NCBI GenBank assembly: GCA_032260385.1
Contig: JAVVEL010000008.1
Span: 7,313-71,312, forward strand
Length of the DNA: 64,000 nucleotides
Source of the DNA: Bacteroidales bacterium
Lineage (GTDB): Bacteria > Bacteroidota > Bacteroidia > Bacteroidales > VadinHA17
Direction: 5' to 3'
Positions 1 through 9,048 of this stretch are shown here, piece by piece. Every line of letters begins with the position of its first letter. Positions within the stretch are counted from its first letter, which is position 1. The notes beneath the pieces were generated by a model that ran no database searches, was not told where the DNA came from, and saw nothing but the letters and a program-made list of their open reading frames with translations. Both the position numbers and the translations under genes were made by a program.

Positions 1-126
1 CAATACATCCCCGTCAGAATGGGCCAGGCATCCTTTGCCTGATGGTATACTTATACCTCCCAGCCAGAGGAGCCTTCCTTCCACAAGTTTATGAAAATCT
101 ATGCCCTGTCCGGTACGTATATTCAT
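1..126 (-). CDS. ispF: 2-C-methyl-D-erythritol 2,4-cyclodiphosphate synthase, first 42 codons only (gene runs off the left edge)
   Basis: Not in the ORF track because it is short and truncated. The reverse complement of 1..126 translates to [42 protein letters not shown]. This matches the IspF N-terminus (G-x-G-x-D-x-H and AHSDGDV metal-binding blocks). ATG is at 126..124, 12 nt after the porV stop. Confidence 0.8.
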   Translation of the reverse strand, partial: MNIRTGQGIDFHKLVEGRLLWLGGISIPSGKGCLAHSDGDVL

Positions 127-138
127 TAAGGTGATTAT

Positions 139-1290
139 TTAATTTCTGAAAGCATCAAAGTCGAAAGAAAGCGAGAACCTCAGCGTACGGGCAAGTGGGT
201 GATTATTGACCAGTGGCATAAGATAGGAGAAATCAAGGGCAAAGACGCTCATCCTGAAACCTGCACCGGCCGTAAAATATTTCCTGTTGCCTTTGCTGGC
301 ATGCTCATGGAAATATCCCGCCCTTATGGCAAACTGTTTATTGTACCAGTATTCCGCACCAAAGGAGTAGCTTATCTCGTTCAGTTCTTCCTTAAAGCCT
401 CCCGGTGCATCTGCAAAAGACTGAAAAATCGCCAGGGGTACAGCCACATTAGGATCCTTGCCGGCAATTATCTCTCCCGTGTCAGGGTCATACTGTGGTG
501 GTGTCGGAACCAGGAGCTTGTTAAAATCAATAGCAAAGGCTAACTCATTGAACCTGTCGAGTTCAATATTCAGGGCAGGGCCCAGCCTGAAATTTATTGG
601 TATAAAATCAGGATCATTCTCATCGGTGTAGGATATCTTGGCACCAATGTTTGATATGTTTGTCCCGGCTGAAATAGTGGCATCTTTTGATCCTATTGAC
701 AGATCGTTAGTGTAATAGAATGATATATCGGAAGCAAAGGACATCCCCGGTTTGGTTTCTGTCCCACCTGCCGGGAAGCCCCCCGTAAGGTTGGAATATA
801 TGAACCTGAAAGCTATGCCTCCTGAAAAATGGTCCGTAAGCAACCTTGAATATGCTGCATCAAGTGCAAACTCATTGGGTCTGAAATTACGTTCAACATT
901 ACCCCAGTCGTCAGTAAAGGGTATGTCTCCCAGACTTGAATACAGGAGGCTTGAACTGACAACCTGTTTGTCATCGATACGGTAATACCCGGCAAGGTAG
1001 GCTATATTGATATCGGGTACCAGGGTACGTAACCAGGGTGAATATGAAATACCAACCCCTCCGTCTCCGTCAATGAAGGCATATTTTGCAGGGTTCCAGT
1101 GCATACTGTAAATATCGGGAGAGGTGGCTACACCTGCATCTCCCATTGCTCCTGCCCTTGAGTCAGGTGCAATCAGCAGGAAGGGTACAACGTACTGAAT
1201 GGCATTCAGTTCCTCAGTTTCCTGGGCCGACGCAAACCATGAAGATGAAAGGCTGAAAAATATACAGGCAATTACTAGTTTTGTTTTCAT
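139..1290 (-). CDS. porV: type IX secretion system outer-membrane protein PorV (LptO)
   Basis: 383 aa with a signal peptide ending FASAQ. It has the conserved PorV N-terminal block VPFLLIAPDSRAGAMGDAGVATSPD..WNPAKYAF and a beta-barrel-like remainder. It lies directly downstream of porU. Confidence 0.85.
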   Translation of the reverse strand: MKTKLVIACIFFSLSSSWFASAQETEELNAIQYVVPFLLIAPDSRAGAMGDAGVATSPDIYSMHWNPAKYAFIDGDGGVGISYSPWLRTLVPDINIAYLAGYYRIDDKQVVSSSLLYSSLGDIPFTDDWGNVERNFRPNEFALDAAYSRLLTDHFSGGIAFRFIYSNLTGGFPAGGTETKPGMSFASDISFYYTNDLSIGSKDATISAGTNISNIGAKISYTDENDPDFIPINFRLGPALNIELDRFNELAFAIDFNKLLVPTPPQYDPDTGEIIAGKDPNVAVPLAIFQSFADAPGGFKEELNEISYSFGAEYWYNKQFAIRAGYFHEHASKGNRKYFTAGAGFRMSVFALDFSYLMPLVNNHPLARTLRFSLSFDFDAFRN

Positions 1291-1353
1291 TAATTTTTAT
1301 GTTAACTGTGCAAATATATAAACAATTTTGTGTTCTCTTTATTGTGTGCCTTT

Positions 1354-4300
1354 TCACAAAATGATCATGCGTCCCGATACGCGAGCTGTTTCACCTGCCC
1401 CTGTCCTAAACAGAAGATTATAAACATAAATGCCTCCCGCAACTCTTCCCCCATTATTGTCTCTTCCATCCCATCTTACTGGACTGATCCTGTAGCCGCC
1501 CGGACTTTCAGCAGTCTTAATGGTCTTTACCAGTTCGCCGCTGAGAGAGTAGATATTTATTATTACTTCAATATTATTATCAGGCCTGTTATGCTCAACA
1601 CTGATACTTGTACTGCTGGTGAAAGGATTGGGATAGTTTATAAGCTTATTGAGGACCAGTCCGTCTTCATCTCTGACAAAAAGCATTAATGAGGCTGTGC
1701 TGGAGTTATTATAATTATCCCATGCTTTGAGAGTAAGTAAATGCTCACCCCTGTCAAGCCTGTGAAAGGGGTAAATGATTTTCCCGGATTTATATGTCCC
1801 CAGGTCATTTTCATAATAATTATTTAAAATTATTGGTTTATTGCTGTCGTTGTCAAGAAGAGCCACTATATCATGGCCCAGCCCGGTGCCTGCAGTATTT
1901 ATGCTTGACGGGTCACTGAGATGGGCCAGTAAGACAGGATCGGGGCCGCATATCCCACCATAAGTGAAAAGAGTGTCATTGAGGAAGAGTCTGATAGAGG
2001 GGCCGGTAGTGTCGCCTGTACTGAGCTTGCTGAGTCCGCCTATTAAAAAGTTTCCGTAAGACCCCGTATAGCTGGAATTCTCATCTGCTGCAAAATACCT
2101 GATCATGCCCCTGCCGTAAGTATAATCAATATCCCCGGGAACAAATATTGAAAAAGCGAAGCTGCCGTTTTTAATTTCTGTTTTACCCTTAAACAATACC
2201 CTGTTGTCTTCCATATAAACAAAGGGGCTGCCGCCGTCGTTTGCAAGGCTGCTCACCGTATGTTTCTTGTCATAGAGGGAGGGATACAGGATGCCGTTGA
2301 ATGATTGAAGGTGCTTACCTTCATTATCTTCTATATGGCCGCTTATACTTATTTCCGACAATCCCCTGATGGTATCGTTGAAGACGCTTATGCCGGTCTC
2401 GTTTATTGAATCAGTAAGCACTTTCCCGTGCCATGCCCATTCAAGCCTGAGTGCCGGATCGCCCAGCAGGGTAAAGTTTCTCTTGTTACTTCCGCTTGTG
2501 TTTATTTTCGCCCGCCTCATTATTTCACCCATGGTAAGTCCCTTTCCCTGTTCGTCCTTTTCAAAGGCCTGCTCATAAAGATTTGACGCAAGGGTGTAAT
2601 TGTGTGAGGCAAAAACTATACGTGTGGTCGAAAAAAGGGCAATGGCGCCTCCCTCTTCATTAAGTAATGCCATCTCACCGGCTGAAGTCTTCCGGCTTAT
2701 TTCACCCGTGCCCTGTTTTATTTCAATATCGTCAAAACGTGAAAACTCACATGTTGCAGTAACAAAGGCAGGGTACTTTCTTCTGTTTGCCCATGAATTA
2801 ATTGTTTCAGTTGTCACAACCCTCTCATGAGCCAGCCCTGTCTCGTTGCCGTGCCCGGAATAATTCAGGATGAGACATCCGTTATTGACCCTCTCATTTA
2901 TATCTTTCACTGCCTCAGGGTAGGATTGGCCGGCAATGGATGTTTCCTGTTTGTACGAATCAAGGTAGATCTTTTCTATATTGAATGCAGGCTCCTCTTC
3001 AGCGATAAGATCAGCAAGCCTGTCCGAATCATACATGTGAATATTATCATCTTCATCATCCGCAACCATGGCTATAATATTTCTCCACGGACCTGTGTTC
3101 TCCGGACTTATGTAATCCCTGATCTTTCTGATTATTGCTCCTGCCTCTGTGGTATCAGAAACGGGTAGCCTGCCAATTCCTATGTCAAGATAGCCGTGGT
3201 ATTCACCTTCGCCGGGATCGAGCAGGCCATAATAATCATCCGAAGTGAATGACTCTGTATTAATATTTGAATTCTGTGTCTGGTACGTGGGTATATAATT
3301 TGGATTGTCCGGCGGCAGGGTCTTATTCTCATGGGAACCGTCACCAAAAAGAAGGAGGTATCTAAGTGGCCTTTCACCTTCTTTATTCCTTGAATATATC
3401 ATCCTGATATAATTCCTTATGGCACTGATATCCGGGATGCCTCCCGAGAACTCGTTATAAATCTGCTCCGGGCTTACCAGGATGCATTGGTATGAATCAT
3501 TCAATGAATGCAGATCTGCCAGTTCAGATGCATAATCCATAAATAAGGGATGGCTTAGAATTATCATGTCATACTGTCCCGGCTTATGCAGGTCCTGGTT
3601 TGGAAGGGGCCTGCTTTCTACCTGTGCTTTCATGGCATCCTGGATCCTGAAGGCAATGAATTTTTTAAGGCTGTCTGTTGCGGCTGTAAACGAATATTCA
3701 TTGAATGAATAGGCTGCCTGCATCCTTTTAACATTCTGCTCATCGCTTATATCCCATATTAACAGGTTGTTAAATTCTGATTTTAATATGAATTCTGTAA
3801 TATTAGCCTCCAGTACAGTTGATTTGTCCCTTAATAAGAAGTGTTTCGTACCGGGATTGAAGAAGTCATTCTCAACACGGGTTTGCAGCATAAGGTAGTC
3901 CAGCCATGCCCGGGCCGTCAGATTGCCATTATTGTAATAAGTAATTGATAGTGCTGGCTTTCCCGATGAGAGATCTGTTTCTCCTTCTTCTTCTGCCAGG
4001 CTGGCATAAGTCCCGGCCTGATTATTTATGTTCACTGCCGGGAGTGAAACTGAACTGACAGGCTCGTCATGATTATGTAGCCTGATAATAGCCTGGTCAG
4101 GAGAACGCCCCAGTACCCTGAGCACATAGCGAAGACCGGCTCCCTCACGAATATTGAAATCTTCAAGGTCGGTAACTATATCGTAAGCGGTGCCGGCCGC
4201 AAGTGGTTCATACCATTCACGTCCTGATTTCATTATATTGCTTTTCTCCACTTCGTGGATAAAGAGATAATCGGAAGCTTCCGAGACATTATTTGACGGA

Positions 4301-4767
4301 CCGGGTACGGCCTGCTGGCTTGTTTCCAGGGGGGCTTCATTGAACTTTATAAAATAAACAGCAGTGTCAGAATAATGATGCCTCAGAAAATAATACTCCT
4401 GAGAGTTATGATTGTATTTAAACCTGTGTGTTGAATTTCCGTAAAACAGTATATAGTCACCGCTGTTGAAAATCCCGTCCTGTCCTCTTTCAATGTGGAT
4501 GGCTGTCTTTACAAGGTCATCAGGGCGGGGATCATCATTGTAGTATGAAAGCAAGCCGTAATTATTGCTGTACAGGGCCACCTCATCACCGGGATTTAAG
4601 CCCAGCAGGGAAAGATCCTCAAAATCGATGCGGTAAATACCCTCCCTGGCAGTCTTTATCCTGTGCCATTTCCCGGCTGATAGCACCGATGAATTGACAA
4701 ATTCCTGGGAGTATAAATTCATCAATATCAGCAGCGGAAGGGTCAGTATGATTACCAGCTTCTTCAA
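1354..4767 (-). CDS. porU: type IX secretion system sortase / C-terminal signal peptidase PorU (C25 gingipain-like)
   Basis: 1137 aa with a signal peptide (LLILMNLYSQ). It has gingipain-type catalytic contexts NYSGHGNETG (His) and FVTATCEFSRFDD (Cys) and a C-terminal Ig-like tail (NYPNPF...GIYVY). Size and porV adjacency fit PorU. Confidence 0.85.
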   Translation of the reverse strand: MKKLVIILTLPLLILMNLYSQEFVNSSVLSAGKWHRIKTAREGIYRIDFEDLSLLGLNPGDEVALYSNNYGLLSYYNDDPRPDDLVKTAIHIERGQDGIFNSGDYILFYGNSTHRFKYNHNSQEYYFLRHHYSDTAVYFIKFNEAPLETSQQAVPGPSNNVSEASDYLFIHEVEKSNIMKSGREWYEPLAAGTAYDIVTDLEDFNIREGAGLRYVLRVLGRSPDQAIIRLHNHDEPVSSVSLPAVNINNQAGTYASLAEEEGETDLSSGKPALSITYYNNGNLTARAWLDYLMLQTRVENDFFNPGTKHFLLRDKSTVLEANITEFILKSEFNNLLIWDISDEQNVKRMQAAYSFNEYSFTAATDSLKKFIAFRIQDAMKAQVESRPLPNQDLHKPGQYDMIILSHPLFMDYASELADLHSLNDSYQCILVSPEQIYNEFSGGIPDISAIRNYIRMIYSRNKEGERPLRYLLLFGDGSHENKTLPPDNPNYIPTYQTQNSNINTESFTSDDYYGLLDPGEGEYHGYLDIGIGRLPVSDTTEAGAIIRKIRDYISPENTGPWRNIIAMVADDEDDNIHMYDSDRLADLIAEEEPAFNIEKIYLDSYKQETSIAGQSYPEAVKDINERVNNGCLILNYSGHGNETGLAHERVVTTETINSWANRRKYPAFVTATCEFSRFDDIEIKQGTGEISRKTSAGEMALLNEEGGAIALFSTTRIVFASHNYTLASNLYEQAFEKDEQGKGLTMGEIMRRAKINTSGSNKRNFTLLGDPALRLEWAWHGKVLTDSINETGISVFNDTIRGLSEISISGHIEDNEGKHLQSFNGILYPSLYDKKHTVSSLANDGGSPFVYMEDNRVLFKGKTEIKNGSFAFSIFVPGDIDYTYGRGMIRYFAADENSSYTGSYGNFLIGGLSKLSTGDTTGPSIRLFLNDTLFTYGGICGPDPVLLAHLSDPSSINTAGTGLGHDIVALLDNDSNKPIILNNYYENDLGTYKSGKIIYPFHRLDRGEHLLTLKAWDNYNNSSTASLMLFVRDEDGLVLNKLINYPNPFTSSTSISVEHNRPDNNIEVIINIYSLSGELVKTIKTAESPGGYRISPVRWDGRDNNGGRVAGGIYVYNLLFRTGAGETARVSGRMIIL

Positions 4768-4872
4768 CTGTCGGGATTATTTTCTAAGTTTGTCATGTCA
4801 GCCACAATAATTAACGTGTCCTGGCTGTTCATATTGCGATAATATTGCTAATCCAATTACTATCTTTACCGG

Positions 4873-5847
4873 ATGAACAGGTGTGTAAAAATACTTAATC
4901 TGCTTTTATGTTTTACACTATCTGTAAATCATGTGCCTGCCCAGGATAGTGAGACTTTATCTTTTTATTATAATCCCGTCCAGTCAAACCCTGCACTGGC
5001 AGGTTCAGAAGGTCCGGGCATCCTGCGCCTTATCTACCGTGATTATTATCCCGGTAAGGGACTCAATCTTTATTCCATAAATTGCTCCTATGACTCTTTT
5101 ATTGAAAGTATTCACGGCGGAGTTGGATTATTTGTATCTGAAAATGTGCTGGGAGACCTTATAAATGACCTGAGGGCGGGCGCGGCATATTCATATCATT
5201 TGAGGGCAAGCCGTGATTTATACGTAAATGCCGGTTTTATGGCTTCACTTATTCACAGGTCCCTTGATGCAGGCAAGGTGGTGCTTCCTGATCAGATTGA
5301 TCCCTTGATGGGACCGGTCTTGCCTGCCGGTGAGATTATTGCCTCTGGCTCCCGCACAACATTCGATGCAGGAGTGGGTTTCCTCTTAAGCTACAGGGCT
5401 TATCACGCAGGGATTTCCGTAAATCATATTTTTAAGCCCGATATTACAGGTAAGGGTCAGGAAGGATCCCGGCTGGGTCGGCGCCTGTCGGTTCATGGTG
5501 CCTCAACCTTCCGCGGCGCTAACGATGAGGTCAATATCAGCCCCGGCTTTGTTATAAGCACCCAGTATGATAATCTTATTGGAGCCCTGGGAACCAGTAT
5601 AGGGTATAAAAACTTGTCATTCAATATATTACCCTTCTTTGATCTGAGAAGCGGCCTGAGCTATGTTCAATCCGGCTTCCAGATTAAAGCCGGTAAAATT
5701 GAACTGGCTTACAACTATAACTTTGCACCATTCAGAACAGACAGGCTGCTGCCATTCACACTTTCTAACCAGGTATATGTGTCAATAGGTTTATACAATG
5801 TTGAAAAAAGAGGTCTTATAAATACAATAAATTATCCTAAAATGTAG
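4873..5847 (+). CDS. PorP/SprF-family T9SS membrane protein (divergent member)
   Basis: 324 aa with a signal peptide ending VPAQ. The N-terminal motif YYNPVQSNPALAGSEG resembles the PorP/SprF signature (compare QYIMNGFLINPSYAGNDG in the 36311 gene). The rest has beta-barrel-like periodicity. It is divergently placed from porU and lies upstream of gldJ. Confidence 0.65.
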   Translation: MNRCVKILNLLLCFTLSVNHVPAQDSETLSFYYNPVQSNPALAGSEGPGILRLIYRDYYPGKGLNLYSINCSYDSFIESIHGGVGLFVSENVLGDLINDLRAGAAYSYHLRASRDLYVNAGFMASLIHRSLDAGKVVLPDQIDPLMGPVLPAGEIIASGSRTTFDAGVGFLLSYRAYHAGISVNHIFKPDITGKGQEGSRLGRRLSVHGASTFRGANDEVNISPGFVISTQYDNLIGALGTSIGYKNLSFNILPFFDLRSGLSYVQSGFQIKAGKIELAYNYNFAPFRTDRLLPFTLSNQVYVSIGLYNVEKRGLINTINYPKM

Positions 5848-5886
5848 TTATATTTGAGAAATAATCATGCGTTTATCAAAATTTGC

Positions 5887-5894
5887 TATATTTG
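5887..5894 (+). promoter_or_regulatory. candidate Bacteroidetes -7 promoter box TATATTTG for gldJ
   Basis: Exact match to the TAnnTTTG consensus, 13 nt upstream of the ATG at 5907. A second identical TATATTTG sits at 5849..5856. Confidence 0.4.
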
Positions 5895-5906
5895 AAATTG
5901 AATAAA

Positions 5907-7406
5907 ATGACCAAAATCTTTCGTGTTATGTATAAATTTGCATCCTCACTAATGGTCGCTATTGCAGTCTTACTCTTTGCCTCCTGCAACCGTGGTGAAA
6001 ATCCAAACGTTTCTCCTACAACAGGTTGGGACTACAATGATCCGGATAATGGCGGTTTTGAAGTTGTTATCGGGGCCGAACAGCAAACAGGTCCTGGACT
6101 GGTGCTCATCGAAGGGGGTACGTTTACCATGGGACGGATACAGGAAGATGTCATGTACGACTGGAATAACCCTATCCGCAGGGTAACAGTGTCATCTTTC
6201 TATATGGATGAGACAGAAATACGAAATGTTGATTATCGGATGTACCTGTGGTGGATAAAAAGGGTTTATGTTGATTACCCCGAAGTTTATGTAAGGGCTC
6301 TGCCTGACACCCTGGTTTGGCGTTCACCGCTTGGATACAATGAACCATATGTGCAGTATTATTTGCGTCACCCGGCATATAACAATTACCCGGTTGTCGG
6401 AGTTAACTGGTTGCAGGCAAATGACTATTGCCTGTGGCGTACCGACAGGGTCAATGAGCAGATACTTATCGATGAAGGCATACTGAACTATGATCCCAAC
6501 CAGGTAAATGAAAATAATTTCAATACCGATGCCTATCTTGCCGGACAGTACGATGGTGTGGTCAATCAAAACCTTCCAAGCCTCGACCCGAACCAGGAAG
6601 AAAGAAGAGTCAGGTTCGAAGATGGTTTGCTCTTACCCAAATACAGGCTCCCAACTGAAGCAGAATGGGAATTTGCTGCCTATGCCCTGAGAGGCAATAC
6701 TTTTGAGGAAAGAATATTCGAAAGAAGGGTATATCCCTGGGATGGCCATAATGTGCGCTACTCAGGAAAAAGAAACCGTGGCGAGTTTATGGCTAACTTC
6801 GTGAGGGGCAGGGGAGACCTGATGGGTGTGGCCGGAAGCCTGAACGATAACGGCTCAATTACGGTTGATGTAAAATCATACTGGCCCAATGACTACGGAC
6901 TTTACTGCATGGCAGGTAATGTAAACGAGTGGGTACAGGATGTATACAGGCCACTGAGCGCCCAGGATGTTGATGCATTTAACCCTTTCAGGGGTAATGT
7001 ATATACCGACTACAGCCGCGACGCAAACGGCAACCTTCTTACCAAGGATGAACTGGGCAAGCTGCAAATAGATACGGTGCAGGCTGCAGATGTGGCTGAC
7101 AGGTATAATTACCAGAAAGGCGATTACAGGAACTACCTCGATGGCGATAACCTTTCAAATATAAACGAAAGCGGTGAATGGACAGGTGAAGAAGAAATGG
7201 GAACAGAATCAATGTACCTCATGGATGCAGACCAGCCTGTTTCACTGATAAATGACAGGGCAAGGGTTATTAAAGGAGGTTCATGGAAAGACAGGGCCTA
7301 CTGGCTTAACCCTTCAACAAGACGCTTCCTGGACCAGGAAGCAGCACGCGACGACCTCGGTTTCCGTTGTGCAATGATAAGAGTGGGTAGCCCATCCGGT
7401 TTTTAA
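5907..7406 (+). CDS. gldJ: gliding motility lipoprotein GldJ (FGE/SUMF1-like fold)
   Basis: Lipoprotein signal LLFASC. It has FGE-sulfatase-like blocks (IEGGTFTMG, VNWLQANDYCLWR, GNVNEWVQD, KGGSW, LGFRCA). It is followed by murF rather than gldL/M/N, which argues for GldJ over GldK. The start is moved from the track TTG (5883) to the ATG at 5907. Confidence 0.8.
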   Translation: MTKIFRVMYKFASSLMVAIAVLLFASCNRGENPNVSPTTGWDYNDPDNGGFEVVIGAEQQTGPGLVLIEGGTFTMGRIQEDVMYDWNNPIRRVTVSSFYMDETEIRNVDYRMYLWWIKRVYVDYPEVYVRALPDTLVWRSPLGYNEPYVQYYLRHPAYNNYPVVGVNWLQANDYCLWRTDRVNEQILIDEGILNYDPNQVNENNFNTDAYLAGQYDGVVNQNLPSLDPNQEERRVRFEDGLLLPKYRLPTEAEWEFAAYALRGNTFEERIFERRVYPWDGHNVRYSGKRNRGEFMANFVRGRGDLMGVAGSLNDNGSITVDVKSYWPNDYGLYCMAGNVNEWVQDVYRPLSAQDVDAFNPFRGNVYTDYSRDANGNLLTKDELGKLQIDTVQAADVADRYNYQKGDYRNYLDGDNLSNINESGEWTGEEEMGTESMYLMDADQPVSLINDRARVIKGGSWKDRAYWLNPSTRRFLDQEAARDDLGFRCAMIRVGSPSGF

Positions 7407-7430
7407 AAGACACTGATAATCTTATATAAT

Positions 7431-7464
7431 ACCTCATTATGGGCAACCATAATGAGGTTTTTTT
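7431..7464 (+). terminator. rho-independent terminator after gldJ
   Basis: Perfect 12-bp stem ACCTCATTATGG / CCATAATGAGGT with a GCAA loop, followed by six T residues. It sits 25 nt after the gldJ stop. Confidence 0.85.
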
Positions 7465-7468
7465 ACGA

Positions 7469-8764
7469 ATGAAAACAGATACTATATATAAACTATTGGA
7501 GGCTAATGGCTTTGCCCTGTCTACCGATTCAAGGAATATTGCCGGTGGTGAACTTTTCTTTGCCCTGAAAGGAGATAAATTCAATGGAAATATATTTGCT
7601 GGTGATGCTATGAAGAGGGGAGCAATAACAGCTGTAATCGATGATCCCCGCTACGTAACAGACAATACGATCCTCGTTGACGATGTTACGGCAAGCCTGC
7701 AGGCTGTGGCCATGAAATACCGCAATAGTTTTGATATTCCTGTGCTGGCTCTTACAGGCAGTAACGGTAAAACAACCACAAAGGAAATGCTGGCACGTGT
7801 ACTGTCAAATAATTATAATGTTCATTACACCAGGGGCAACCTGAATAACCATATAGGAGTACCCCTTACACTGCTAGCCTGCCCTCAGGATGCTGAGTTT
7901 ATGATAATTGAAATGGGAGCAAACCATAAGGGTGAGATAAGGGACCTTTGCAGGATGGCACAACCCGGCTACGGACTTGTTACAAATATCGGCCGGGCAC
8001 ACCTTGAGGGCTTTAGCTCACTTAAAGGTGTGCTGGAGGCAAAATCTGAACTGTATGACTATATTGAAGCTTCCGGGGGATGGGTTTTTTATAATGAGAA
8101 TAATAATATACTTAAAAATGTACTTGAAAACCGCTCCATTAATAAAATACCTTATAATGAACCGGGTAAACATAGCCTGTCAGTAAGAGGGCTTAAGTAT
8201 GATCCCACGCTGGAGTTGCTTGCAGGGATAGACGGTGAGGAAGCTACTTTTAAAACAAAACTCTTCGGCAACTATAACCTCGAGAACCTGCTGGCATGCC
8301 TGGCAGTCGGACTTTATTTCGATATACCTGCCCTGTCAATGCAGGTGGCAATAGAAGCTTATGAACCCGACAATAACAGGTCCCAGGTATTAAAGACCGC
8401 CAGGAATACCCTGATTTGCGATTCATACAATGCCAACCCGGACAGCATGTCAAAAGCGATAGCATCATTTATCCAGGCCAGGGGTGATAAAAAAGTAATT
8501 ATACTAGGAGATATGCTTGAGCTTGGGGAATGCAGGGTGAAAGAACATAAAAAAATCCTGGAGCAACTTTCTTCCCGTGACGATCTTACAGTTATCCTGG
8601 TGGGTGAAATATTTAACTCCCTGGCATCAGCTTACAGCATGCTTTCTTTTGAAACACGTGAACAATTAATGGAACACCTTGCTGATAATGAAATTATTAA
8701 CAGCCTGGTGCTGGTAAAGGCTTCGAGAGCCCTGGGTCTGGAGAAAATTTACGGTCTGTTGTAG
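7469..8764 (+). CDS. murF: UDP-N-acetylmuramoyl-tripeptide--D-alanyl-D-alanine ligase
   Basis: Mur ligase P-loop LTGSNGKTTTKEM, a DSYNANP block and a MurF-like C-terminus LVKASRALGLEKI. The track start (7439) lies inside the gldJ terminator hairpin, so I use the ATG at 7469 (MKTDTIYKLL). Confidence 0.9.
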   Translation: MKTDTIYKLLEANGFALSTDSRNIAGGELFFALKGDKFNGNIFAGDAMKRGAITAVIDDPRYVTDNTILVDDVTASLQAVAMKYRNSFDIPVLALTGSNGKTTTKEMLARVLSNNYNVHYTRGNLNNHIGVPLTLLACPQDAEFMIIEMGANHKGEIRDLCRMAQPGYGLVTNIGRAHLEGFSSLKGVLEAKSELYDYIEASGGWVFYNENNNILKNVLENRSINKIPYNEPGKHSLSVRGLKYDPTLELLAGIDGEEATFKTKLFGNYNLENLLACLAVGLYFDIPALSMQVAIEAYEPDNNRSQVLKTARNTLICDSYNANPDSMSKAIASFIQARGDKKVIILGDMLELGECRVKEHKKILEQLSSRDDLTVILVGEIFNSLASAYSMLSFETREQLMEHLADNEIINSLVLVKASRALGLEKIYGLL

Positions 8765-8787
8765 ACTATTATATAAAAAGTGCAAGA

Positions 8788-9048
8788 ATGAAGACTGATA
8801 CACTTATTGCAGTCTTGTATAACGACGCCATGTTTTCAGGGTTCAAGGATATAAGCAACCTGCCTGAAGTAGTCGTAAACAGACTCAAACATTATTTCCT
8901 TACCTATAAGGATCTCCCGGGTAACGAGGCGGATGTAATAATTACACATATCTACGGTGCGGAGGAGGCTGCGGAAGTCATAAACAGGGCAATGGAAGAT
9001 TACCGCAGAAAGTCTGAACCGCTGAATGACGCTGTGTCCCCTGTTTAG
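8788..9048 (+). pseudogene. ppa: C-terminal remnant of a family I inorganic pyrophosphatase
   Basis: The 86-aa ORF aligns by eye only to the last half of a PPase (D-x-L-IAV...DISNLPEVVVNRLKHYFLTYKDL...GAEEAAEVI, compare E. coli DAKLVAV...DLPELLKAQIAHFFEHYKDL). The roughly 95 N-terminal residues carrying most catalytic Asp/Glu/Lys are absent. Only 23 nt separate this ORF from the murF stop, so there is no room for them. Confidence 0.6.

Noticed and set aside
7439-7468. Longer N-terminal extensions offered by the ORF track (murF 7439, fmt 57288, START-like 60681, AKR 20543, MORN 48194, IMPase 12947, mtaB 14256)
   Set aside because: Each extension overlaps a terminator hairpin, a tRNA gene or a neighbouring CDS. 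Each also lacks similarity to the family N-terminus, and an internal ATG gives a canonical N-terminus or signal peptide.
7469-8802. Shared MKTDT N-terminus of MurF and the ppa remnant (and MKTDG in the 5'-nucleotidase)
   Set aside because: Only five residues are shared and they are encoded by different codons. This is most likely coincidence rather than a duplicated start region.
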